A stretch of 63,803 bases of DNA, filler included, from Parachlamydiales bacterium (GTDB lineage Bacteria; Chlamydiota; Chlamydiia; Chlamydiales; Parachlamydiaceae): assembly GCA_020051075.1 (NCBI GenBank). It is 3 parts of 3 records of this genome, joined end to end, with 100 filler letters (N's around TTAATTAATTAA, not from the genome) between each part and the next. Parts side by side here need not be neighbours in the genome. Positions count along the whole stretch, not along the records: positions 22,123 to 39,930 come from JAGVJP010000052.1; positions 40,031 to 63,803 come from JAGVJP010000128.1; 1 more part is not named here. One strand, 5' to 3'. This document shows positions 38,184-46,734 of this stretch, in pieces. A program made the translations under genes and the position numbers. Under the pieces are notes generated by a model. That model did no database searches. It saw nothing but the letters and a program-made list of their open reading frames with translations, and was not told where the DNA came from. How positions within the stretch are numbered: the stretch's first letter is position 1; the number at the start of each line of letters is the position of its first letter.

Positions 38184-39632
38184 ATGAAGACTCGAGATGT
38201 TCTCATTATTGGGGCAGGAATAGCAGGATGTGCGGTTGCTTTAGCGTTAGTCCGACGTGGTATTGCGGTCACAATGGTGACATCAGCCTATGATGAAAGG
38301 GTTTATCACTCGTCGTTTATTCAACATGACCGCCTCGAAGAAGGGGTGAGGGAACTGCAGCAGATCTTCCAGGAAGACCTGTGTTCCTCACGAGCTTTTG
38401 AGCAGCTCGTCTCGCAAGTCAAGAAATCTGCCGATGAACTTCTTAAATCAAACTATCTCGTCGATCGGAACGGCAATGTCGATATCCATCGCTGCCTTAA
38501 AGAACAGCTGGAGCAATATGATTCGATCGAATGGCTTTCCCATCATACCCTCATTGAATTACTCACACTCGACCAACATTCCTTGAAGCGTTCTGATACA
38601 TTTAAAAAGCCTGCTTGCCTCGGGGGGCTCTTTTTCAATCAGGAAACAAACTCCCTCGAGCGTATTCTCGCTAAAGAAACACTCCTTGCAACAGGCGGTG
38701 CTGCTTCCCTTTACCCTTATTCGACACACCCGCATTGGGCTTGTGGACAAGGATTGGCGATAGCGAACCGAGCGGGGGTACGTACGCTCAATATGGAACA
38801 GATTCAGTTTCATCCATTGGGATTATATGAGAAAGGCTTTTCTACATTCCCTCTTCCTACACAACTTCTAGAGGAAGGAGGGGTCTTGTATGCAGAAAAG
38901 GGCTCGCCGTTAGAAGGGAGATTTTCTGAGAGCGAATGGTTAGATGCCATCTACCTTGCTCTCAGACAACGCAATCAACCTCATCTTTGGCTTGATTTGA
39001 CTTCGTTTGATCCAGCTGCAATTCAAACCAAATATCCTGCTATCGACGCCTATTGCCACTTCCATGGCTTCAACATCGCAAGTGGTCCACTCCCTGTTGT
39101 CCCTGTGGCAAGTTTCACATGCGGCGGCATCGCAGTGGACAAACATTCCCAAACAAATATCCAACGTTTGAGAGCGATAGGGGAAGTTGCCTGCACAGGG
39201 CTGTTTTGTGAGGACAAAGACGAGTCGATGGCGGTTCTTGAAAGCTTGACATGGGCCGTCGCCTGCGCAGAAGATATTGTCAAACAGCTTTCGCGATTTG
39301 TCTACTATTTTCCAGAGCTGCGGGAAGAGCTAGGGTCTTTAGAGTCAAACTCCACAGTAGTGCAGGAAGATTGGACCATGCTGCGGCAGGTGATGTGGTC
39401 CTACGTCGGTATCCACCGCAGCCGAGCCTCCCTTGAGAGAGCAAAAGGGATCTTAGAGCAGCTGCTTCTTGCCAATATCCCGGATGAATTGACTGCCTGC
39501 TCGATCGATCAGATCCAGCTCTTGCATGCGATTCAAACAGCACAGCTCATCACACATAGCGCCCTTGCAAAGTGGAGCCCCGCCGTGAAACATACTTGTA
39601 CCCACATCTTTTTGCCATGCGCATCAGTCTAA
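38184..39632 (+). CDS. nadB: L-aspartate oxidase (NadB)-like flavoprotein with degenerate active site
   Basis: GAGIAG, LATGG, QFHP, FTCGGI, AIGEVACTGL, MWSYVGIHR; several catalytic motifs missing. Confidence 0.7.
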   Translation: MKTRDVLIIGAGIAGCAVALALVRRGIAVTMVTSAYDERVYHSSFIQHDRLEEGVRELQQIFQEDLCSSRAFEQLVSQVKKSADELLKSNYLVDRNGNVDIHRCLKEQLEQYDSIEWLSHHTLIELLTLDQHSLKRSDTFKKPACLGGLFFNQETNSLERILAKETLLATGGAASLYPYSTHPHWACGQGLAIANRAGVRTLNMEQIQFHPLGLYEKGFSTFPLPTQLLEEGGVLYAEKGSPLEGRFSESEWLDAIYLALRQRNQPHLWLDLTSFDPAAIQTKYPAIDAYCHFHGFNIASGPLPVVPVASFTCGGIAVDKHSQTNIQRLRAIGEVACTGLFCEDKDESMAVLESLTWAVACAEDIVKQLSRFVYYFPELREELGSLESNSTVVQEDWTMLRQVMWSYVGIHRSRASLERAKGILEQLLLANIPDELTACSIDQIQLLHAIQTAQLITHSALAKWSPAVKHTCTHIFLPCASV

Positions 39633-39650
39633 ACCCTTTACCCTCTTGCA
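39591..39650 (+). repeat. 60-bp dispersed direct repeat supplying the last codons of the NadB-like gene
   Basis: Matches 21925-21984. Confidence 0.9.
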
Positions 39651-39690
39651 GGCTGAAGGGCCGTTGCCCTTACCAAACCCATTTTTTCAT

Positions 39691-39930
39691 CGCGAAGCGT
39701 TTGGAGTGCGGAAGTCCTCTTCCGCTTTATCGACGAACAGCATTGATAAGAGCTTGTGGATAGATTATAGTTAGTTTTAGGCGATAGCAGGAGACGTGGA
39801 TAAGCTTGAGAGAAAAGTAGGAGATACTGAGCGCTGCGCGAAGCGGTAGAGAAATTCAAAAGACACGAATGTCTCAAAAATTGATCTAGAATAAAGCGAA
39901 AGAGGACTTTCGCACTCCAAACGCTTCGCG
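39691..39930. mobile_element. 240-bp REPIN/MITE-like element (family A) with ~40-bp terminal inverted repeats
   Basis: Colinear with 55679-55919; ends exactly at the contig break. Confidence 0.85.
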
Positions 39931-40030
39931 NNNNNNNNNNNNNNNNNNNNNNNNNNNNNNNNNNNNNNNNNNNNTTAATTAATTAANNNNNNNNNNNNNN
40001 NNNNNNNNNNNNNNNNNNNNNNNNNNNNNN
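39931..40030. other. Artificial contig-join spacer
   Basis: N-run with TTAATTAATTAA at 39975-39986. Confidence 0.98.
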
Positions 40031-40233
40031 AAACACATTAATTGGAGTGTTCGCTCTTTTTCAAGAAAGATCTTTATAAGATCGACTCGAAATCCAGCAT
40101 AGCAACTGATGCGTATGCCTGCTTATCCTGTTTATCTTGTTAAGTTCTCGCATTCAAAAATTCTAGCTGAAAAATTAAATTTTATATTAAAATGTTTCCC
40201 TAATTGTGAAGTTAACACTATTACTGAGGTTTT

Positions 40234-41034
40234 ATGACATTTTCTCATCCGAAAAGAGGCGAAATCATCCAATTTCTACATGCATTGAGGGGTGACATCA
40301 TCCAAGCATTTGAAAAGTTTGAAAGATCCTCGCGATTTAAGAAAGAAGAGTGGGCTTATCGAGAAGATGGCGGAGGAGAAATGGCTGTTCTACGTGGAGA
40401 ATTTTTTGAGAAGGCGGCTGTGAACTGGTCTGGTGTTGGCGGTTCAAAACTCCCATTGCAAGAGAAAGACGAACCTTTCTTTGCGACCGGGATCAGTCTG
40501 ATCACCCATATGGCAAATCCTCACGCTCCCACAGCCCATTTCAATATCCGCTTCATCGAAACGGCCCATCGATGCTGGTTTGGCGGCGGGTACGATCTGA
40601 CTCCAATGGGATTCACCTATGATGAAGATACACGCCATTTTCACCAGACTGCTAGGGAGGCTTTAAATCCGCATGGCTCGGAAATTTATCCGGCATTTTC
40701 TCAAGCAGCAGCCGAATATTTCTATATCCCTCATAGAGCGAAAGAAAGAGGAGTTGGAGGGATATTTTTTGACTATTATAACACTGGGAACTTTGAGAAA
40801 GATTTTGCATTATGGAAAACGGTCGGGTTGTCATTCTTGCCAGCACTCATCCCGATCTATGAAAGAAGAAAAGATCAGTCTTTCACCGATGAAGAACGAG
40901 AGAAGCAGCTTCATCTCCGAGCGCATTATGTAGAATTTAATCTTCTATATGACAGAGGCACTCGATTTGGTTTTCAATCAGGGGGGAATCCAGAGGCGAT
41001 TCTCTGTTCGATGCCCCCTATCGTTAAATGGTGA
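40234..41034 (+). CDS. hemF: Oxygen-dependent coproporphyrinogen III oxidase
   Basis: FEKAAVNWS, FFATGISL, WFGGGYDLTP, RGVGGIFFD, YVEFNLLYDRGT. Confidence 0.95.
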   Translation: MTFSHPKRGEIIQFLHALRGDIIQAFEKFERSSRFKKEEWAYREDGGGEMAVLRGEFFEKAAVNWSGVGGSKLPLQEKDEPFFATGISLITHMANPHAPTAHFNIRFIETAHRCWFGGGYDLTPMGFTYDEDTRHFHQTAREALNPHGSEIYPAFSQAAAEYFYIPHRAKERGVGGIFFDYYNTGNFEKDFALWKTVGLSFLPALIPIYERRKDQSFTDEEREKQLHLRAHYVEFNLLYDRGTRFGFQSGGNPEAILCSMPPIVKW

Positions 41035-41087
41035 GTAGTTATTTGACTTCTCATTAATTCATATTAATCGCTTAAAAAGAGGTGATT

Positions 41088-41762
41088 ATGGCTCATATTA
41101 TCATTAGGGCTTTATTGTTGATTTTGTTCTCCAGTTCTGTTTATGGAGAGGTGCATGGAAAACTTGATTTAGGAGGCGGTTGGTTGGATGTCGATATCCT
41201 AGAATCGGGAAAAACAATTGAAACACTGCACATGACTGGAGCAAAAGGAGATGCCACAGTTTTAATTTATGAAGGAATCGCTGTCAAAGGAGGATTCGTT
41301 TACGGCTGGGGCGACGGGCAACTGAGAAGCGGCACCGTTGCAGCGGGGTATTATCTCCCCCTTTTCAAAGGATTTTCTATTCTGCCAACGGTTGGAATCA
41401 CATTTACTTATTTAAGCACGCGTGTCGATTTAAGCCCTGATATCTCTGACTTGAAAGACCTTAAAGAGCGCTTCCGCTCTGACAGCCCATTTATCGGCTT
41501 TGACTTTGGTTATACCTTTTTTGAGAAATGGACGATTATGGGGACCTATCAATATGGTTGGAGCCGCACCCATACAAAAATCAAGCCTTTTGTTTCAAGC
41601 AAAAGCCACTCAGATGGTCCAAACTATAATTTGGGCATTGAGTATAACTTTGATGAACATTGGGTGATCAACTTTGGTGTGGGGTATAACATCATGCTGT
41701 CTCATGAGAAACATGGTCTGAGGGGCAAAGGGGCTAAGCTAGGCGTTGCTTATTATTTCTAG
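41088..41762 (+). CDS. Outer-membrane beta-barrel protein
   Basis: Signal peptide, G/Y-rich alternating strands, C-terminal AYYF. Confidence 0.8.
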   Translation: MAHIIIRALLLILFSSSVYGEVHGKLDLGGGWLDVDILESGKTIETLHMTGAKGDATVLIYEGIAVKGGFVYGWGDGQLRSGTVAAGYYLPLFKGFSILPTVGITFTYLSTRVDLSPDISDLKDLKERFRSDSPFIGFDFGYTFFEKWTIMGTYQYGWSRTHTKIKPFVSSKSHSDGPNYNLGIEYNFDEHWVINFGVGYNIMLSHEKHGLRGKGAKLGVAYYF

Positions 41763-42667
41763 GGCTCCCAATAATATTTCTGGCTGCTCAATCTCTTTTT
41801 AAACCATTGAGGGGCATTTAGGCTGGCTTGCCCCAAGCGATATCCGCAATATTTGGCTGCAATTTGCAGGATTCCATAGGGGATTTTCCATGGGGCTTTC
41901 TTTAAAAGAGTTTTTAGAAGAGTTTTCACATAGGCAGTTCCTCGCTGGCTGTCTTTTCCGCCTGCTTTAATGAGATCTTGATAGCTATGGCGGGCCAATC
42001 CAATGTCGAAGTGGCGTGAAAACTCTTCTGATAAGCTGTAATCGTGTGAATGGAACACTGTTGCCTCTGCGACATAAGCGATAGAATGGTTTTGGTGCAG
42101 AAGTTTTGCCACAGCAACAGTGTCTTCTCCGAATAGGACGTGAGGAAAGCCCCCAACTTCATCTAAAGCACTGTTGAGATAGGCTGCGCAAGAATTTGAA
42201 CAAAAAAAAGTGTAAACACCGTAATGGTCAATATCTTGTATGCTGCGGATGTGGCTTGTTCCCGAATAATTAAATTCTCTTGCAAAAGAACCAAAAAAAC
42301 CTGCTTGCAAGTGAGGGAGCTGTCGTCCGTAGCTCACCGATGCCTGGTTGTCAATGATAGGTTGGATCAAGTTCTCAAGGGTGCTGGACGAGGTGATATA
42401 GGCATCCTGGGTGATCATCACAACAATGGAAGTATTGAGATGCTTTCTCCCCCATTCGCGCGTCGTCCCATGATTAAACGATTTCTGAGGAATGATCACC
42501 ACTTCAACGCCCTGTGAGCGGGCAAAATCGACTGTCTGATCAGTTGAAGATGAGTCGATGATGAGAACTTTTGGTTTGAGAGGGGATTGCAGGAGCGGCG
42601 GCAGGCAGTGTTGAAGGTGGCGAGCACCTTGATAGGTGGGAATGATAACGCCTACAGATGGTGCCAT
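41759..42667 (-). CDS. GT2 glycosyltransferase (rhamnosyltransferase-like)
   Basis: IIPTY, IDSSSTD, FNHG.TR, TQDA, FGED, HSHDY. Confidence 0.9.
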   Translation of the reverse strand: MAPSVGVIIPTYQGARHLQHCLPPLLQSPLKPKVLIIDSSSTDQTVDFARSQGVEVVIIPQKSFNHGTTREWGRKHLNTSIVVMITQDAYITSSSTLENLIQPIIDNQASVSYGRQLPHLQAGFFGSFAREFNYSGTSHIRSIQDIDHYGVYTFFCSNSCAAYLNSALDEVGGFPHVLFGEDTVAVAKLLHQNHSIAYVAEATVFHSHDYSLSEEFSRHFDIGLARHSYQDLIKAGGKDSQRGTAYVKTLLKTLLKKAPWKIPYGILQIAAKYCGYRLGQASLNAPQWFKKRLSSQKYYWEP

Positions 42668-42742
42668 GATTTTATCCTTGTAACTATTCACGTCTCTCCT
42701 TAAATACACTATGATGCTTGTGAATGCAGAGTGGTCCTTATC

Positions 42743-43900
42743 TTACTCTTTAAGCGGCGGGAGAACGAAAACGAGGTTCAGATTCTGAAGAGGAGAAACA
42801 ATTGGTTTTGCTTGAATATTATAGTAGTAATCCCCTTCTTTTAGCAATTCGATTTTATCGACTTTGGCCACTTGAAATCCAGGGGGGAAGATTCCATCCA
42901 TCCCTGTGGTGACTAAGATGTCATTGACTTCAAGGATAGGGACAGAGGTGTTTGATCCTCCTTGCAAGATTGAGCCATTCCTTAAATCGTGAGCTTCTCC
43001 TTCCTCATCTTCAAAGTCATAGTTGAATCCGGTGCCATTCAATGTAAAAGTATGCCGTCCTCTAGAGAGAGACGGAGAGCCTGTTAATTCCCCTTTGGCG
43101 AGATAATTTGATTCATTCAAAGGCTTTAAATCAGACCTCGCTTTTTGAAGCAGCATAGTCATCTGGTTTTGTTCCATGGAGGAAAGGGAATCAAATTTGT
43201 TCTGGTTTATTTGGTCTAAGACTTCTTCAATAGATTGGTAGGTTAAGAGTTCTTGCTCACCCCCTCTTGCAGCTCGTACAGATGGGGTTAGATTAGGGTC
43301 GGAGAGCAAGCGGACATGAGATTGATGCTCTCCGACATAGTCGATTAACCCGACGATAGCTCTTCCGACGACGACAGGGCTGTTTTTTGCAACAATTGAA
43401 ACCTGATGCAATTGATTTGTCGACTCCCCGACATTAATCCATAGAGAGCTGTTCCACGTGTCAAGAGTACGAAATATCACTCTGGCAGGAATCCCTTTGA
43501 GAGAAAGTGTGATTTGTTTTAAGAGACGTTCAGCTGATTTTGCAGAGGATTCATTCAGCTGTTTTCTCTTCTCGGGCAGTGCTGTTGAGATCAAATCAAT
43601 TTGTTCAGAAAATTGAACTTGCTGCTTCAAAATTTGTTGTAGATAGATTAATTCGTTGAGAAGAAGCTGATTTTCAGATTGAAGATTTTGTTTTTCCTCT
43701 TCAACGGACAATTCGGTGAACGGAGAAGGTTGCATGGGATGAATAAAGAAATGTTTAGTGGACAAGAGAGTTGTCCAAAAAGGGGCGAAGACCTCTGCGG
43801 CTTTGCCTCGAATAGTGTCAGTGGAGTGGCGAGAGAGGGTCATCGCCACTAAAAGGATGCTGAAGATTAGAAAATATGTGATAACGAATCTTTTTTGCAT
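42743..43900 (-). CDS. mreC: Rod shape-determining protein MreC
   Basis: N-terminal TM, coiled coil, ARVI, DILVTTGMDGIFPPG. Confidence 0.85.
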   Translation of the reverse strand: MQKRFVITYFLIFSILLVAMTLSRHSTDTIRGKAAEVFAPFWTTLLSTKHFFIHPMQPSPFTELSVEEEKQNLQSENQLLLNELIYLQQILKQQVQFSEQIDLISTALPEKRKQLNESSAKSAERLLKQITLSLKGIPARVIFRTLDTWNSSLWINVGESTNQLHQVSIVAKNSPVVVGRAIVGLIDYVGEHQSHVRLLSDPNLTPSVRAARGGEQELLTYQSIEEVLDQINQNKFDSLSSMEQNQMTMLLQKARSDLKPLNESNYLAKGELTGSPSLSRGRHTFTLNGTGFNYDFEDEEGEAHDLRNGSILQGGSNTSVPILEVNDILVTTGMDGIFPPGFQVAKVDKIELLKEGDYYYNIQAKPIVSPLQNLNLVFVLPPLKE

Positions 43901-43912
43901 CGCTTCTTTTTT

Positions 43913-45115
43913 TTATGTAATTCTTGTTGCAGAGGCTATAGCGTGAGCTACGTACGGGATGTTTTGAGAGTTAAGGCCTGCAATGTTTATTCTACCACTG
44001 CTTAGGATGTAGACAGCTTTTTCTTGACGAAGCCACTGAACTTGGTTGGGAGTGAAACATAATACTGAAAAAAGTCCAAAGTGGTTTTCCAGATAGGCGA
44101 AATCTTGGTTTGACCTTTCGACATATAGACTCGCAATCAAGGCTTTTCTTGTTTCTGATATTCTTTCACGCATGTTTGTTAATTCCCTCTTCCACTCCTC
44201 GAGTAATTCCGGGGATTTTAATAGGATTGAGATAATTCTCGCTCCGTGAATAGGAGGGTTGGAATAGCTGGTGCGGATGAGGTTTTTGATATGATTTCCT
44301 ATTTTCGGGACGTTTTCTTCCTTTGACGTTGCGGCAAGCATTAAACCGATTCTTTCACCATAAATTCCAAAATTTTTCGCAAATGAATAGCTGGCGATCA
44401 ATTCATGACCTTCTCTAAGAAATAGTCTAAGAGGCTCGATGTCTTCATCAAGTCCCTTTCCGAATCCATGATAAGCGATGTCAAATATGGGGATGAGCTG
44501 TTGTTTTTTGATAAGAGCTGATAGTTCTTTCCACTGCTCAGGCGATGGGTCTGCCCCAGAAGGGTTATGGCATGAAGCTTGCAACAAGATTGCACTGTTA
44601 GGAGGCATGTGTTTAATCGCCGCCGATATGCCCTCAAAATCAATTAGGCCTGTTTTAATGTTAAAATAGGGGAAACTTCCAATATTAAGACCTGCTTCTT
44701 CAAAGATGGGTTTGTGATTCGGCCAAGAAGGTTGCGATAGAAAAATCGATTGACATCCTAATCGTCTTAAAATATCACCAGCAACACGCAGGCCATTTGT
44801 CCCTCCAACAGTTTGTGCAGTGAAATAGTGAAAGGATTTAGAGGAAGAGAGTTTTTCTCCTAGAATTAATTTTGACGAACGCAAGTTAAACTCATAACTC
44901 CCATCTATAGGTGAGTAATCTTTATTGGGATAGTGTTGAGAAATGAGGCTTTCGGCTTTGCGGACAGCAGTCATGACAAGCGATTGGTTGTCTGCTGTTC
45001 TGTAAACGCCAATTCCTAAATTGACTTTATTGGGTCTGAGGTCTTCTTGAAAGGAATTTTGCATTGTAAAAATTTCGTCTTCTGTGATGTCTGGAAGTAT
45101 ATTGAAGAATGACAT
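43913..45115 (-). CDS. aspC: Aspartate/aromatic aminotransferase
   Basis: NLGIGVYR, CHNPSG, DIAYHGF, SFAKNFGIYGERIG, GRINIAG. Confidence 0.93.
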   Translation of the reverse strand: MSFFNILPDITEDEIFTMQNSFQEDLRPNKVNLGIGVYRTADNQSLVMTAVRKAESLISQHYPNKDYSPIDGSYEFNLRSSKLILGEKLSSSKSFHYFTAQTVGGTNGLRVAGDILRRLGCQSIFLSQPSWPNHKPIFEEAGLNIGSFPYFNIKTGLIDFEGISAAIKHMPPNSAILLQASCHNPSGADPSPEQWKELSALIKKQQLIPIFDIAYHGFGKGLDEDIEPLRLFLREGHELIASYSFAKNFGIYGERIGLMLAATSKEENVPKIGNHIKNLIRTSYSNPPIHGARIISILLKSPELLEEWKRELTNMRERISETRKALIASLYVERSNQDFAYLENHFGLFSVLCFTPNQVQWLRQEKAVYILSSGRINIAGLNSQNIPYVAHAIASATRIT

Positions 45116-45176
45116 GATATTCCTTTAATTAGTCGATTTTGAGCGGAAGACGGTATATACAGGTGTAAATTCGATT

Positions 45177-45659
45177 TTAATATGATCGAGTCAACAGGTG
45201 TGGGGGAAACAGCTGACAGGAAACTAGACAATTTAGCTGATCACGTATTTTTTCATAAAGGATTCCTTGTAAATCGAAAGATTCAGCAAGCGGGGGGAGG
45301 AGTTTTCTGCCATAAAAGTCGTAGGCAGCTGTCATGGGACCAAATCCCTTTCCTTCGAGGTAAGCTCTAAAAATATTATAAAGGCCATGATTAAAATAGA
45401 GAATTCCCAATGAGAGAGCTTGTTGTGATAATGTAAGATATTTCTTTGGACCCGTATGCGTTGACAGGGCCTCATAAAGAAAAGCAAAAGCGCATAATGC
45501 GATACCTATCACAGCTTGACAATTGCCAAAACGGGTGCGCCATTTCACAGACCAGGCATTCAACTCTGAGAATTGGTCTTTAGGGAGGTACCCGAGAAAA
45601 TTAAAAACATTTTCCGTTAAGGTGACGACTCCATTGAAATAAGGGATAATTTTTATCAT
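45177..45659 (-). CDS. Hypothetical membrane protein
   Basis: 160 aa with a hydrophobic segment. Confidence 0.6.
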   Translation of the reverse strand: MIKIIPYFNGVVTLTENVFNFLGYLPKDQFSELNAWSVKWRTRFGNCQAVIGIALCAFAFLYEALSTHTGPKKYLTLSQQALSLGILYFNHGLYNIFRAYLEGKGFGPMTAAYDFYGRKLLPPLAESFDLQGILYEKIRDQLNCLVSCQLFPPHLLTRSY

Positions 45660-45711
45660 TATTTTCTTTGTGTTTTCTATTAATTTAGATTATTAATGGT
45701 AAAACTAATAG

Positions 45712-46599
45712 ATGAAAAAAGTCAACCCGTATTCAGAAGTATTGTTTAGGAGAATTGAAGAGATGGCTAAACCAACGATAAGAAGAGCATCTTTAGAGGA
45801 CATCGACTTTTTTCTTACTCTTGCAAAAAAAGAAGGGTGGAATCCTGGATTGCATGATGCTCTCCCTTTTTACTCCATCGATCCCAGCGGTTTTTTTGTC
45901 AGCGAACTTGATGAGAAAAAAATCGGGTGCATTTCTGTTGTTGCGTACAATGATGCGTTTGGTTTTTTAGGCTTCTATATCATCATTCCGGAATATCGTG
46001 GTAGAGGATGGGGGCTTCAAATGTGGAATCATGCAATGAAACATTTGGGAAGTCGCTGTGTGGGCTTAGATGGTGTCATTGCTCAACAAGAAAATTATAA
46101 GAAATCCCATTTTCAACTTTATTATCGAAATATTCGATTTGAAGGGAGAGGGGCTTGCTCAGGTCCAACCTCGTTGATAGATTTGCGCAAAATTCCTTTT
46201 GAAACGCTGTTGAAATATGATTCATTCATCTTCGGACTTGCTAGGCACACTTTTTTACCCCATTGGATCGAGATGCCAAATGCCTATTCATTAGCTAAGG
46301 TGGAAAACAGTCAGCTGAAGGGTTACGGTGTGATACGAAAGTGTGTGGATGGATATAAAATCGGACCTTTATTCGCGGATGATCTAGACACTGCTCAAGA
46401 AATCTATGCAGGGCTTTGTGATAAAGCAGTCAACAACCCCGTTTTTATCGATGTCCCTGAAGTCAATCCACTCGCAATGAAACTCGTTCATGAGGCTGGG
46501 CTTAAAACTGTATTTGAAACAGCTAGAATGTACAACAAACCACCCCCTAAGCAGCAACTCAATAATATTTTTGGGGGCACGACCTTTGAGGTGGGATAA
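45712..46599 (+). CDS. Tandem GNAT acetyltransferase
   Basis: EGWNPG, PEYRGRGWG, KIGPLFAD, FETARMY; alternative start 45763. Confidence 0.9.
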   Translation: MKKVNPYSEVLFRRIEEMAKPTIRRASLEDIDFFLTLAKKEGWNPGLHDALPFYSIDPSGFFVSELDEKKIGCISVVAYNDAFGFLGFYIIIPEYRGRGWGLQMWNHAMKHLGSRCVGLDGVIAQQENYKKSHFQLYYRNIRFEGRGACSGPTSLIDLRKIPFETLLKYDSFIFGLARHTFLPHWIEMPNAYSLAKVENSQLKGYGVIRKCVDGYKIGPLFADDLDTAQEIYAGLCDKAVNNPVFIDVPEVNPLAMKLVHEAGLKTVFETARMYNKPPPKQQLNNIFGGTTFEVG

Positions 46600-46606
46600 A
46601 ATCCGA

Positions 46607-46635
46607 TTGCAAAACAAGAAGGGATCCGGTATTCT
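46607..46635 (+). promoter_or_regulatory. Putative tRNA promoter TTGCAA-N17-TATTCT
   Basis: Ends 14 nt before the tRNA 5' end. Confidence 0.55.
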
Positions 46636-46649
46636 GATATTTCTTTTTT

Positions 46650-46722
46650 GGGGCGTTAGCTCAGTTGGTAGAGCGCAACGATGGCATTGTTGAGGCCAAC
46701 GGTTCGACTCCGTTACGCTCCA
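46650..46722 (+). tRNA. tRNA-Ala(GGC)
   Basis: Acceptor GGGGCGT/ACGCTCC with G3:U70, anticodon arm CAACG-ATGGCAT-TGTTG, GGTTCGACTCC T-arm; CCA not encoded. Confidence 0.97.
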
Positions 46723-46734
46723 TTCTTATCATTA

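Noticed and set aside
46650..46722. tRNA as an integration site for the upstream GNAT region
   Set aside because: No integrase and no duplicated tRNA 3' end seen; topA directly follows the 3' end
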